41,843 nt of DNA from a virus (lineage: Duplodnaviria > Caudoviricetes): positions 1-41,843 of the IMG/VR virus record IMGVR_UViG_3300043400_000041. The stretch is one strand, 5' to 3'. The first letter of the stretch is position 1, and each line of letters starts with the position of its first letter. A program made the position numbers and the translations under genes. The notes beneath the pieces are model-generated. The model ran no database searches and was not told the origin of the DNA. It saw only the letters and a list, made by a program, of their open reading frames with translations. Below are positions 34,341 through 41,843 of the stretch, piece by piece.

Positions 34341-34679
34341 TCAGTTGGTGAGGCCGGAGAAGTCGGGGCGGGTGGCGGTGACGCGGGGCGGCAGCACGGC
34401 GAGGGCGGCCGCCAGCGTGGGGGCGTCGGCGTAGGGGCGCAGGGTGGCGATCAAGCCGAGCGCATCCTGCGCAGCGCGAGAGGGGGCGGGGGCAAAAGCT
34501 ACGCTGGCACCATGGGCGGAGGTGGAGGCGATGCGCCCGCCCGCGCCCTCTTCGAGGTCGGCGGCGAGGATCTGGTCGCCCTGCGTATCGAGCCAAGCAT
34601 GACGCGCAGCGGCGTCGGCACCGCCCAGCCGGAAGAGGCGGCGGATATGCTCGGCGAGTTGTGCGCGGGTGTGTGCCAC
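34341..34679 (-). CDS. Head completion protein (gpW position)
   Basis: GTG 34679 with GGAGG RBS; directly before the portal. Confidence 0.55.
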   Translation of the reverse strand: MAHTRAQLAEHIRRLFRLGGADAAARHAWLDTQGDQILAADLEEGAGGRIASTSAHGASVAFAPAPSRAAQDALGLIATLRPYADAPTLAAALAVLPPRVTATRPDFSGLTN

Positions 34680-34781
34680 GCCTCCACCGTGCAAGAGGGC
34701 GCGCCGAAAAACACGCAGCGCAAGTGCTACCAAGTCATAGAGACGCGCAGAAAGTGCGATTTTTAGCCACCGGCAGGGAAA

Positions 34782-35018
34782 CTAGCCCAGCCCCGCCTGC
34801 GGAGGTTGATTCCGTGCGTATGGGCTCCAGTCAGGATTGAGCAGCCACCACGCCCACACGTCGCTCCAGCGGGCGAAGCGCCCGCGCCGGATCGAGGCCG
34901 GGCACTGGCGGAGCACGGCGCGCCAGTAGGGCACGGAGTAGCGCACGCCCTGCTCTTCCATGCGGGCCTGCACTTCTTTGGGCGTGAGGTAGGGCTCGGC
35001 TCGGGTGGCGGTGCTCAT
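34782..35018 (-). CDS. Small HTH-like DNA-binding protein
   Basis: YLTPKEV start; ATGA-coupled to terL. Confidence 0.6.
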   Translation of the reverse strand: MSTATRAEPYLTPKEVQARMEEQGVRYSVPYWRAVLRQCPASIRRGRFARWSDVWAWWLLNPDWSPYARNQPPQAGLG

Positions 35019-36808
35019 GGGGATGTATCCTTGTCTTTGGCCGTGGTGGCGGGCTCGGCGATGAGGAAGCCGGCCAGCTGGGCGGCGGCGAGTTGGTAGC
35101 GTTCGCAGTCCCACAAGTGCTCGCCGCACTTGCCGATGGTGCGCCATTCCCAGACGGGCTGCCCGGTCTTGGCGTGCTTGCGGGCGAAGCGCTGGCGGGC
35201 GGCGAGCTGGGCCAAGTAGTCGGGCGGGGCGTCGGCGGCGATGCTCCATGCCGCCGGGTCGCCCCCGGAGCGGTAGTGCCCCAGCGCCTGAGAGGTGAGT
35301 TCTTCGGAGACGGCGAAGACCTTGCAGGAGCGCAGCGCGCTGCCGGGGGCGAGGCTGGCGGGGGTGCCGTTGCCCTCGGCCTTGCGGGCCATGACGCGCA
35401 CCGGCCGCTTGTCGCCCCGGCGATCAATCACGAAGCCACCGGGGGCCTTGACGCCGCGAATGGCGTGCCAGCCCCAGCGGCAGCATTCGCGGTAGACGCG
35501 GTCGGTGAAGTGGGTGGAGTCCACCAGCACGAGGTCGGCGGGGATGGAGTGGGCAAGCTGGAGGTCGCGCACGGATTGCCAGTCATCCACCCGGCCCGCC
35601 CAGCGCAGGCGGGTGCGGCCCTTGGCCCAGAGGCGCACCACGCACCAGAAGTGCGTCATCTGCACGTCCACGGTGAGGAGGGCCACGGCTTCGGGCGCGT
35701 CGGGCCACGGATCGGCGAGGGCGTAGTCGCTCTGCACGCGGGCGCATTGATCTTCCGGCGGTGGCGGCCCCCATGCCTCGGCCAGACGTTTCTGCACAAA
35801 TTCGCGGTGAAGCTCGACCGTGCCGCGGCGAATGGCGGCGCGGGCTTCGAGGAATTCTCCCACCATTTCGGGGAGTTGGGCGTAAGAGGAGGCGAGTGCG
35901 TTCCACCGGAAGCTCTCATGCCCGCGCGCGGCGTCGGGGGCGGGGTCGGTGTAGGCCCCGTTTTTATTGAGGGCATAGCCCACGGCCTCGGTCGGCGGGT
36001 GGGCATGGCCGCACTCGGGGCAGAGGTAGGTGACGGTGGCCTGGGCTTTCTTCATATCCCACTCGTGCTCGCCGCGCCGGGCCTCGGGGCTCCAGGTGAC
36101 GTTGCTCCACTTTGGTGGGTGCCGGTGCTGGCAGTGGGGGCAAAAAAACTGCCACTCCCGGCGGGTGCCGAGGGCGAAGGCTTGGGCGGTCTCGTCATCG
36201 AGCAGGGAGCCGGTGGAAAGCTCCATCACCTTTCGGTTATGCGAGTAGCGGGTGGTGCGCTTGTGGATCTGCGCCAGCATGCCGGGGGCGTATTGCCACG
36301 TCTCATCGAGGAAGAGGTAACGCAGGTGCTTGGATTGGGCTGCGCCCTCGTTGGCCGGCAGGATCAGGAAATCCATGTGCGGGAAGTGCACGCCGAGGGT
36401 GGTCTTGCTGTGGCGGTCGACCAGGTCGAGGTAGGCGCGCACCGGGGCGCAGGCTTGGAGCATGCGCTGGATACGGGTGCGGGAAAACTCCTTGGCCGCG
36501 CTTTCGTGGTGCGCGAACCAGGCGGCGAAGCCGGGTGCGTTCTCGATCAGCCAGAGCAGGCAGATTTCGGCGACGGTGGATTTACCGCCCGCCGCCGCAG
36601 CCATGAGGGTGATGCGCCAGCATTGATCGGTGGGGCGCTGGAAGGCGGCGAGGGGCTCGATAATCCAAGGGGTGTGGGTGGCGGAGAAACGGCCGGGGTA
36701 TGGGGACCAGCCGCCGACTTCCAGGTGTTCGCCTGCCCACTGCTCAAGCGGGCGGGAATCGGCGGGGCGCAGGGCGCGGGCAGTGATGGCGGCCAGATCT
36801 TCGAGCAT
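35015..36808 (-). CDS. terL: Terminase large subunit, lambda GpA family
   Basis: TPW, AAAGGKS, LFLDE, CPHC/CPEC, TVDVQ nuclease motif, EHLWDCE. Confidence 0.93.
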   Translation of the reverse strand: MLEDLAAITARALRPADSRPLEQWAGEHLEVGGWSPYPGRFSATHTPWIIEPLAAFQRPTDQCWRITLMAAAAGGKSTVAEICLLWLIENAPGFAAWFAHHESAAKEFSRTRIQRMLQACAPVRAYLDLVDRHSKTTLGVHFPHMDFLILPANEGAAQSKHLRYLFLDETWQYAPGMLAQIHKRTTRYSHNRKVMELSTGSLLDDETAQAFALGTRREWQFFCPHCQHRHPPKWSNVTWSPEARRGEHEWDMKKAQATVTYLCPECGHAHPPTEAVGYALNKNGAYTDPAPDAARGHESFRWNALASSYAQLPEMVGEFLEARAAIRRGTVELHREFVQKRLAEAWGPPPPEDQCARVQSDYALADPWPDAPEAVALLTVDVQMTHFWCVVRLWAKGRTRLRWAGRVDDWQSVRDLQLAHSIPADLVLVDSTHFTDRVYRECCRWGWHAIRGVKAPGGFVIDRRGDKRPVRVMARKAEGNGTPASLAPGSALRSCKVFAVSEELTSQALGHYRSGGDPAAWSIAADAPPDYLAQLAARQRFARKHAKTGQPVWEWRTIGKCGEHLWDCERYQLAAAQLAGFLIAEPATTAKDKDTSP

Positions 36809-36811
36809 GGG

Positions 36812-37372
36812 CTAGCGGCGGGTGGTCTCCTCCTTGCGTTGATCGGCCAGCACTTGGGCGGTAAACGATTCCTCTGAGAAGTCGGCGAGCAGGGCGCGCA
36901 GGCCCTCGCGGTAGGCGGCGGCCAGATCGGCAGTGGGGGCGCCGCCGAGGCGGGCGGGCAGCTCAGTGACGCAGAGGGCTTCCAGCCGGGCGCGCAGGGC
37001 GGAGGCGAGGGCGGCCCAGCGGGCGCGCACAATGGTGGCGGGCCATGCCTCGCGGCGGCGCAGAGCCAGCTCGATTTCGGATAGCTCGGCATCGGCGGTG
37101 AGCTTGCGGGCGCGGGCCTCGGCGATGCGTTCCGAGACGGCGGCGGAAACAGGGGAGGTGGCACCCGCTTGCAAGGCGGCGCGCTCGCGCCACTCGGGAT
37201 GGTTTTTATCCAACCACGCCTGAATGGGAGCAATGGCGTAGGGGCCTTTGCCCTGGAGTGGAGGGCAGGCGGCGCGGATGCGGGACAGCCGCTCGCGAGA
37301 AAGCCCGATGGCACGCGCCACGGCGGAAAGCGTAGGCGCGCTGGCGGGCGGAGGTGCCGAAGCTGCGGACAT
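36812..37372 (-). CDS. terS: Terminase small subunit (Nu1-like)
   Basis: N-terminal HTH, ARARKLTADAELSEIEL coiled coil; precedes terL. Confidence 0.8.
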   Translation of the reverse strand: MSAASAPPPASAPTLSAVARAIGLSRERLSRIRAACPPLQGKGPYAIAPIQAWLDKNHPEWRERAALQAGATSPVSAAVSERIAEARARKLTADAELSEIELALRRREAWPATIVRARWAALASALRARLEALCVTELPARLGGAPTADLAAAYREGLRALLADFSEESFTAQVLADQRKEETTRR

Positions 37373-37409
37373 GGGCACGCAGTAACACGGCGGGCCGGAT
37401 GCGGTCAAC

Positions 37410-37436
37410 AAAAAAGCCCACCGTGCGGGTGGGCTT
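37410..37436 (-). terminator. Rho-independent terminator ending the early/middle transcript
   Basis: AAGCCCACC-CGCAC-GGTGGGCTT then T-run; TTGACC (-35-like) follows, upstream of terS. Confidence 0.8.
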
Positions 37437-37456
37437 GGGGTGGGCGCTTGGTAATT

Positions 37457-37774
37457 TTACGCGGGCCGGTAATGGCTGATAATCTTGGCCACCTTCTGGC
37501 CGCAGAGCGTGGGGCTGACGGTCCAGCCAAACGGAACCTCGGCGGTGGTGAATGTGGCGCGTTCGCCGTCGCTGAGGCATTCGATGGTGATGCGGAAGCG
37601 AAGCGAGGCCGCAGGCATGGGGCATCGGTCGGCGGCGGCGAGCTCGATGGAGTGATCGATGGGCGCAGTGGCTCGCTCGATACGCTTGCGGGCCTTGGCC
37701 GCGCGCTGGTTGGCGCGCCGCTTCGCATGCTTGCAGTTTCGCTTACGGTGTAGGCTCTTGCGCCTTACGTTCAT
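37457..37774 (-). CDS. Basic hypothetical protein
   Basis: 105 aa, ATGA-coupled to the cassette-1 gene. Confidence 0.6.
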   Translation of the reverse strand: MNVRRKSLHRKRNCKHAKRRANQRAAKARKRIERATAPIDHSIELAAADRCPMPAASLRFRITIECLSDGERATFTTAEVPFGWTVSPTLCGQKVAKIISHYRPA

Positions 37775-38070
37775 TTTTCAGGTGGGGTTATTCTAGTGTT
37801 AGCCAAGGCAGACTCCACGGCGTCGATAGCCGCAGCCCACGGGCAGTGCGACGAGGTGTGCTCGCCAACATCGACGCCGGTCAGCTTGCCGACGCCTGCC
37901 GCGAGTTGGTCGGCATATTCTTCCGCGAGGTCGCGTTCTTGCATCACGGCTTCAAGGTCGCGGTCGAGTCCGGCGACGTGAGTGAGTAGCATTTTCAGCG
38001 CGTCGGCGCTAATAGTTTCCCCGGCGTCTGCCAGAGCATTCATGCGTTTGATATGTTCTTCGGTTATCAT
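37771..38070 (-). CDS. Hypothetical protein (cassette 1 gene)
   Basis: QERDLAEEYADQLA...DVGEHTSSHCPW pattern; C-terminus crosses the GTTAGCC site. Confidence 0.75.
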   Translation of the reverse strand: MITEEHIKRMNALADAGETISADALKMLLTHVAGLDRDLEAVMQERDLAEEYADQLAAGVGKLTGVDVGEHTSSHCPWAAAIDAVESALANTRITPPEK

Positions 38071-38080
38071 AAGAAAATGA

Positions 38081-38187
38081 GGCTAACAAAACGGTGGAGA
38101 GGAACGCGGATGCTCGCTGGCATTCATTCGCGGGAGGTGTCGAGTGGGCGGGAGTCGCTGGCCGCGTCCCTCACCTTTACGTTCGGC
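38081..38187 (+). other. attC-like recombination site 1 (107 bp)
   Basis: R'' GGCTAAC, 5-nt spacer, GGTG[G]AG[A]GG[A]ACGCGG pairing with CCGCGTCCCTCACC, 5-nt spacer, R' GTTCGGC. Confidence 0.85.
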
Positions 38188-38408
38188 ACGGCACACGATG
38201 CGACAGGTTTTGGCGCTTCGATTAGACTGTATCCGGTTCGCCCGTAATTTAGGTGTCGGTTGTCATCTGTCGCCCAAGCGACTGCGTTGCGGTGCGGGCG
38301 CGGCGTTATCCACTCCCACTCGTCGCTGCCGTGGAAAAGGATTATCCATCCCGCCGAACCACCCACTGGAGCCAATTCGGCTGTTTGTCCCAAATCATCG
38401 TTTTTCAT
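38124..38408 (-). CDS. Hypothetical protein (cassette 2 gene)
   Basis: Starts inside attC2 and stops inside attC1. Confidence 0.65.
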   Translation of the reverse strand: MKNDDLGQTAELAPVGGSAGWIILFHGSDEWEWITPRPHRNAVAWATDDNRHLNYGRTGYSLIEAPKPVASCAVPNVKVRDAASDSRPLDTSRE

Positions 38409-38471
38409 ATTCGTAATGGTAAATTGCTATTGAGCTACGATCTCGCCGAATTGCTCACCGGGACGTTCGGC
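38353..38471 (+). other. attC-like recombination site 2 (119 bp)
   Basis: R'' GCCGAAC, TG[G]AGC[C]AATTCGGC pairing with GCCGAATTGCTCA, R' GTTCGGC at 38465. Confidence 0.85.
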
Positions 38472-38701
38472 AAAGACCGCGAAGTGGTGCGAGTGATGGT
38501 GGCCTGGCACTCAGCCAGACCCGTGAGGCAGAGTGCTAAATTTTCCGCACTCATCCCCAGCTCAAGAGTCCCGGTCGTCGTTCTTATTACGATGCGGATT
38601 TCGTCCGATGGGGCGCGGCGAGTTATCGTCAGCACGGCGGGCGAGCCCACCCCGCCGAACAAGTCGCCCGAGGGAACGCGATTATGGATTGCGATGCTCA
38701 T
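38435..38701 (-). CDS. Hypothetical protein (cassette 3 gene)
   Basis: ATG 38701 coupled by ATGA; stops inside attC2. Confidence 0.65.
   Translation of the reverse strand: MSIAIHNRVPSGDLFGGVGSPAVLTITRRAPSDEIRIVIRTTTGTLELGMSAENLALCLTGLAECQATITRTTSRSLPNVPVSNSARS
38654..38680 (+). other. attC-like left arm only (site 3)
   Basis: GCCGAAC-AAGTC-GCCCGAGGGAACGCG; no complementary right arm seen downstream. Confidence 0.6.
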
Positions 38702-39039
38702 AAAGACGGCAGAAGCGCCCGCAGTGTGTCGCGGGTGGCGAAGTAGGAGGCTTTTACGAATACCGTTTTCGAGGCGGTCGTAAGTGTGCGGTAGGTCACG
38801 AACCAGCAGCACGCGGCGTAATCAAATTCCATGTGTTCGATGATGTTCATGGGGTGTAAATCGGGGTCTTTGTTTCCGCAGTGGTGGCAAGTTGCACCCA
38901 CTAGCTTGCCGTCGAGTGCTCCTTCAAGCGCCGGGCCGTGGCAGCTGGGGCACGTGGTCGTTTCGCTATGTGCCCAGGTTACGCAGGCGTGAATAATGCG
39001 GTCCTTGGGGTCGATGGATGCGGTGGGTGGTAGGCTCAT
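38698..39039 (-). CDS. Zn-ribbon hypothetical protein
   Basis: CPSC...CHHC. Confidence 0.65.
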   Translation of the reverse strand: MSLPPTASIDPKDRIIHACVTWAHSETTTCPSCHGPALEGALDGKLVGATCHHCGNKDPDLHPMNIIEHMEFDYAACCWFVTYRTLTTASKTVFVKASYFATRDTLRALLPSL

Positions 39040-39043
39040 GGCT

Positions 39044-41506
39044 TTATGTGGCGTCGATCAGATCCACGCCTTGGAGCACGGCGGCTTTGTCGCCGTTGAG
39101 GCGGAAGGTGTGGCCGCGCTCTTTTAATGCCGCGATAAGGCGGCGGGAACTGCGGTAGCGCGGGATCTCGCCCTCGTCTTCGCACCAGGCGAGGTAGGCT
39201 TTGAGCAGCTTGCCCGCCAGCACTTCGCCGATGGTGCTGCGTTCGGTGCGCTCTTCCATGAAGCGGGCGAGCTGGTCGCTGTCGCCTTGGTATTCTTTGA
39301 CCGCACTCGTCACGATCTCCGGCGGGCGCAGGCCGCCACCGTCGGCCATGTCGAGGAAGCCGCGCAGCGCCCAATTCAGGATGCCGGGAAGCTCGGCCCG
39401 AAGCTCCGCGTGAATCTCGTGCCGGGGGCGGCGCTGGCCCTCGGGGATGGTGTTTAGCCAGGGGATAAGGTGGATGCGCCGCCAGATGCCGTGGTCGGTG
39501 CCTTTGATCTCGGGCTTATGGTTGCCCACGAGGATGAGCTTATGGGTAGGGGAAAAGTTGTAGGGCTTTTCGTAGGGACGGCGGGCAGTGATCATGTCGC
39601 CACCGACCAAGGCCTTGACCGCGCTATCGGAGAGCACGCGGTTTTCCGGGATCTCATCGGTGAAGGCCACCCGTTTGCCTTCGAGCATGGCTTTTTTGTA
39701 GTCGAAGTTGTTGTCGGCCTGCTTGGCGAGCAGCGCCTCGATGCCGATGGTGGTAGCCATTTCGCCGAGCAACATCTGCATGACGCCGGTGTAGGTGCTC
39801 TTGCCGTTGGCCCCTTTGCCGTAGTGAAAAAACAAAACGTCTTTATCGACGTAGCCGGTGAGCATGTAGCCGGTGACGCGGGCGAGGTAGGCGATCAGGG
39901 CCTGATCGTTGCTGAACGCGAAATCAAGGAAAGCCAGCCACTTGGGGCAGGTGGCCTCGGGGTCGAAGCCATAGACGGCGCGGTAGGTGAGTTTATCCTC
40001 GGCGCGGTGCTCGCGGAAGAGGCCGGAGGCGAGGTCTAGCACGCCGTTTTGCACGGCGAAGAGGTGGGGTTGCTGGTCAAATTCCGTCGCCTTGGTGGCG
40101 AGCAGGGAGCGGGAGAGCTCATCGACGGCGGCGAGGTGGGCGCGGGTCTGGAGCTTGGCGATGCGGGCGCGGATGCGCTCGACCTGGGCGGCGCGGGCAT
40201 CGCGCTTTTCTTCTCCGGAGGGGGGCGGGGTCTTGGCGATGTCTTCGCGCAGGGTGGCGATGAGGGCGTTGTAAATCTGCACGGTGTCGGTCGAGACGTC
40301 CATGAGGGTGGCGGCTTGGTCGTCCGGCACCCAGGTCCCGCGATCATAAGTGCGCCAGGACTGGCGCAGGTGATCGTAGAGTTTCTGGCCCTGGCGGCGG
40401 GCGGCGAAGAGGCGGGCGTCGCCGACTTGGGCGGCTTCGAGGCAATCGACGATGAACTCGCGCCCGATCTCCACCGCCTGCACGGCAGGGGGCGGGGTGG
40501 AGAAGGTCTCTTCGTGGCCGGTGTCGGCGGCGTTGCGCGGGCTGTCGGCGAAGCGCAGGCGGCCGGCCCAGATCTTGCGGCGGGCGGCGGCACGCGCATC
40601 GAAGCCGTGCTCTTGGGCGTAGTGCACGAGGGTGCCGATGCCGACTTGCGCGAGGCGGTGGCGGTGTTTGCCGGCATACTCGCCCGGCTTTTCCTCGGGG
40701 CTCCACTCGGCGAGCAGGCGGCAGCCTTCTTCCAGGCTGAGCGCGGACCAGACGGCGGAGGCGATGCGGAGCCAGTCATCGTAGGGCGGGCGGGGTGGCA
40801 CAAAGCGCAGCATCTCTCGTATATCCTCGGCGGTGCGTTCGAGGGGGGGCGACCAGAGCGGGGGGCGGCTGGTGGCGGCGGGGAGCGCAGCGGGGATGGG
40901 GAGCGGGGTGGCGGTGTCGTTTATCCAGAGGTCATCGTCGCAGGAGACGAAGCAGAGGCGGAGCGGGTCCTTGGTGCTTTTGTCGATCTGGATGCCGTAG
41001 GTTTTGAGGAAGTAGCCTTCGGCGGCGGCGAAGCTCTCGGCGTGGCGGGTGCCGTCGATCAGGAGGCCGCATTTGAGGCCGACGCCGGAGGGCGAGATAA
41101 AGCCGAAGATCACATGCGGGTCGGCGTGCAGGGCGGGGGTGATGGTGGCGAGGTCGAGCTGGGGGTTGTCCTTGCGGTCGAAATCGCACTGGAGCACGCC
41201 GGAGTGCTGGGTGAACTTTTTATCCAGTTTCACCTGTGCGTCGCGGGTGATGCACTGGCCGGACATGGTGAAGGCGGGGAGGTGGCGCTTGGCTTCCTGA
41301 TAGCCTTTCTCGTTCTGGCGTTCGAGGTGGCGGCGGATGCGGACCACGGGTTCGCCCCAGATGCCGGCGCGGATGCGTTCGAGGATGTCACCAAGGGGGA
41401 TAATCTCCTCCGGCTCTTGGGCGAAGGCGTTGCCGAAGTAGGCGACGGGCGAGGCAAGGGCGGCTTGGGCGGCGGGTGAGGGTGTGGGTGAAGGGAGGGC
41501 GGTCAT
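39044..41506 (-). CDS. Primase-helicase: BT4734/VirE_N-like + PriCT-2 + D5/P4-family SF3 helicase
   Basis: LPAFTMSG...DFD...SPSGVGLK; YDDWLRIASA...IGTL; Walker A GKGANGKS; GIWRRIHLIPW. Confidence 0.92.
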   Translation of the reverse strand: MTALPSPTPSPAAQAALASPVAYFGNAFAQEPEEIIPLGDILERIRAGIWGEPVVRIRRHLERQNEKGYQEAKRHLPAFTMSGQCITRDAQVKLDKKFTQHSGVLQCDFDRKDNPQLDLATITPALHADPHVIFGFISPSGVGLKCGLLIDGTRHAESFAAAEGYFLKTYGIQIDKSTKDPLRLCFVSCDDDLWINDTATPLPIPAALPAATSRPPLWSPPLERTAEDIREMLRFVPPRPPYDDWLRIASAVWSALSLEEGCRLLAEWSPEEKPGEYAGKHRHRLAQVGIGTLVHYAQEHGFDARAAARRKIWAGRLRFADSPRNAADTGHEETFSTPPPAVQAVEIGREFIVDCLEAAQVGDARLFAARRQGQKLYDHLRQSWRTYDRGTWVPDDQAATLMDVSTDTVQIYNALIATLREDIAKTPPPSGEEKRDARAAQVERIRARIAKLQTRAHLAAVDELSRSLLATKATEFDQQPHLFAVQNGVLDLASGLFREHRAEDKLTYRAVYGFDPEATCPKWLAFLDFAFSNDQALIAYLARVTGYMLTGYVDKDVLFFHYGKGANGKSTYTGVMQMLLGEMATTIGIEALLAKQADNNFDYKKAMLEGKRVAFTDEIPENRVLSDSAVKALVGGDMITARRPYEKPYNFSPTHKLILVGNHKPEIKGTDHGIWRRIHLIPWLNTIPEGQRRPRHEIHAELRAELPGILNWALRGFLDMADGGGLRPPEIVTSAVKEYQGDSDQLARFMEERTERSTIGEVLAGKLLKAYLAWCEDEGEIPRYRSSRRLIAALKERGHTFRLNGDKAAVLQGVDLIDAT

Positions 41507-41524
41507 TGGTGGGTGGTGGTGGGC

Positions 41525-41735
41525 CTACTTGAAGCGCTTGACGAAGGGCTCGGCGCCGGGGGCGTGTTCATCGGAGAGGCCGTGAACGTGGGCGCGGGCG
41601 GCTTCGGCGGAGCGGAAGCGGGCGGGGTCGAGCGGGGGCTCTTGGGCGGCGAGATCATCCCACTTGGTGCGGGGACGGCCCTTCTCATCGAGACGAGTGG
41701 GCGGCGGTATGGCTTGGGGGGCGGCGCGGCTTCAT
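41525..41735 (-). pseudogene. Alternative-allele small gene, frameshifted by one extra base in the G6 run
   Basis: With G5 it reads MKPRRPQAIPPPTRLDEKGRPRTKWDDLAAQ...FVKRFK* (69 aa); as given it stops after 16 codons. Confidence 0.55.
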
Positions 41736-41843
41736 TCGGTGGCCTCGATACAGGTGGATAAAACCTGCCACCGGACGTGGCATTCCATGACGTCGGCCTC
41801 AGATAGGGCGTCGTCATAGGTGCCGGAGAACACGGCGGCCGTG

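Larger units (their letters stand above)
1..41843. mobile_element. Complete temperate siphovirus-like phage genome, excised/circular form, probable Verrucomicrobia host
   Basis: Terminase, portal, capsid, tail, lysis, integrase and primase genes are all present; intact attP beside the integrase; contig ends re-enter the start; no host housekeeping genes. Confidence 0.95.

Noticed and set aside
41378-41843. Physical direct terminal repeat of the virion DNA
   Set aside because: The match is split by non-homologous inserts, and a lambda GpA-type terminase suggests cos ends; an assembly path through two alleles fits better.

Overview
The window is essentially one complete temperate long-tailed (siphovirus-like) phage genome in its excised, circular form. 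It is GC-rich and almost all genes lie on the minus strand. Modules in minus-strand order: primase-helicase; a small accessory block; lambda-type terminase and portal; a fused Mu-type protease/scaffold/major capsid gene; neck and tail tube; a block of signal-peptide-bearing fibre-like proteins; a non-canonical lysis cassette; tail chaperone with a probable -1 frameshift; tape measure; tail tip; attP (3' half of tRNA-Thr(CGT)); tyrosine integrase; a candidate origin; plus-strand morons; a ribbon-helix-helix genetic switch; an early operon; and recombination/replication genes. The host is probably Verrucomicrobia (inferred from integrase motifs and a Verrucomicrobia-type C-terminal domain). The contig ends are not a simple overlap: they show two alternative alleles of one locus, giving genomes of 41377 or 40334 bp. 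Most notable: (1) an integron-type attC cassette array at 37798-38701 with no IntI, whose inverted phage genes start and stop inside the attC hairpins; (2) four Sec-signal-bearing proteins in the tail module, including a clear tail fibre; (3) an early operon whose junctions share a 15-bp GGAGGTGC-NNN-RTGA motif, two units of which are open on both strands. All family assignments are from motif recognition by eye; no database searches were run.
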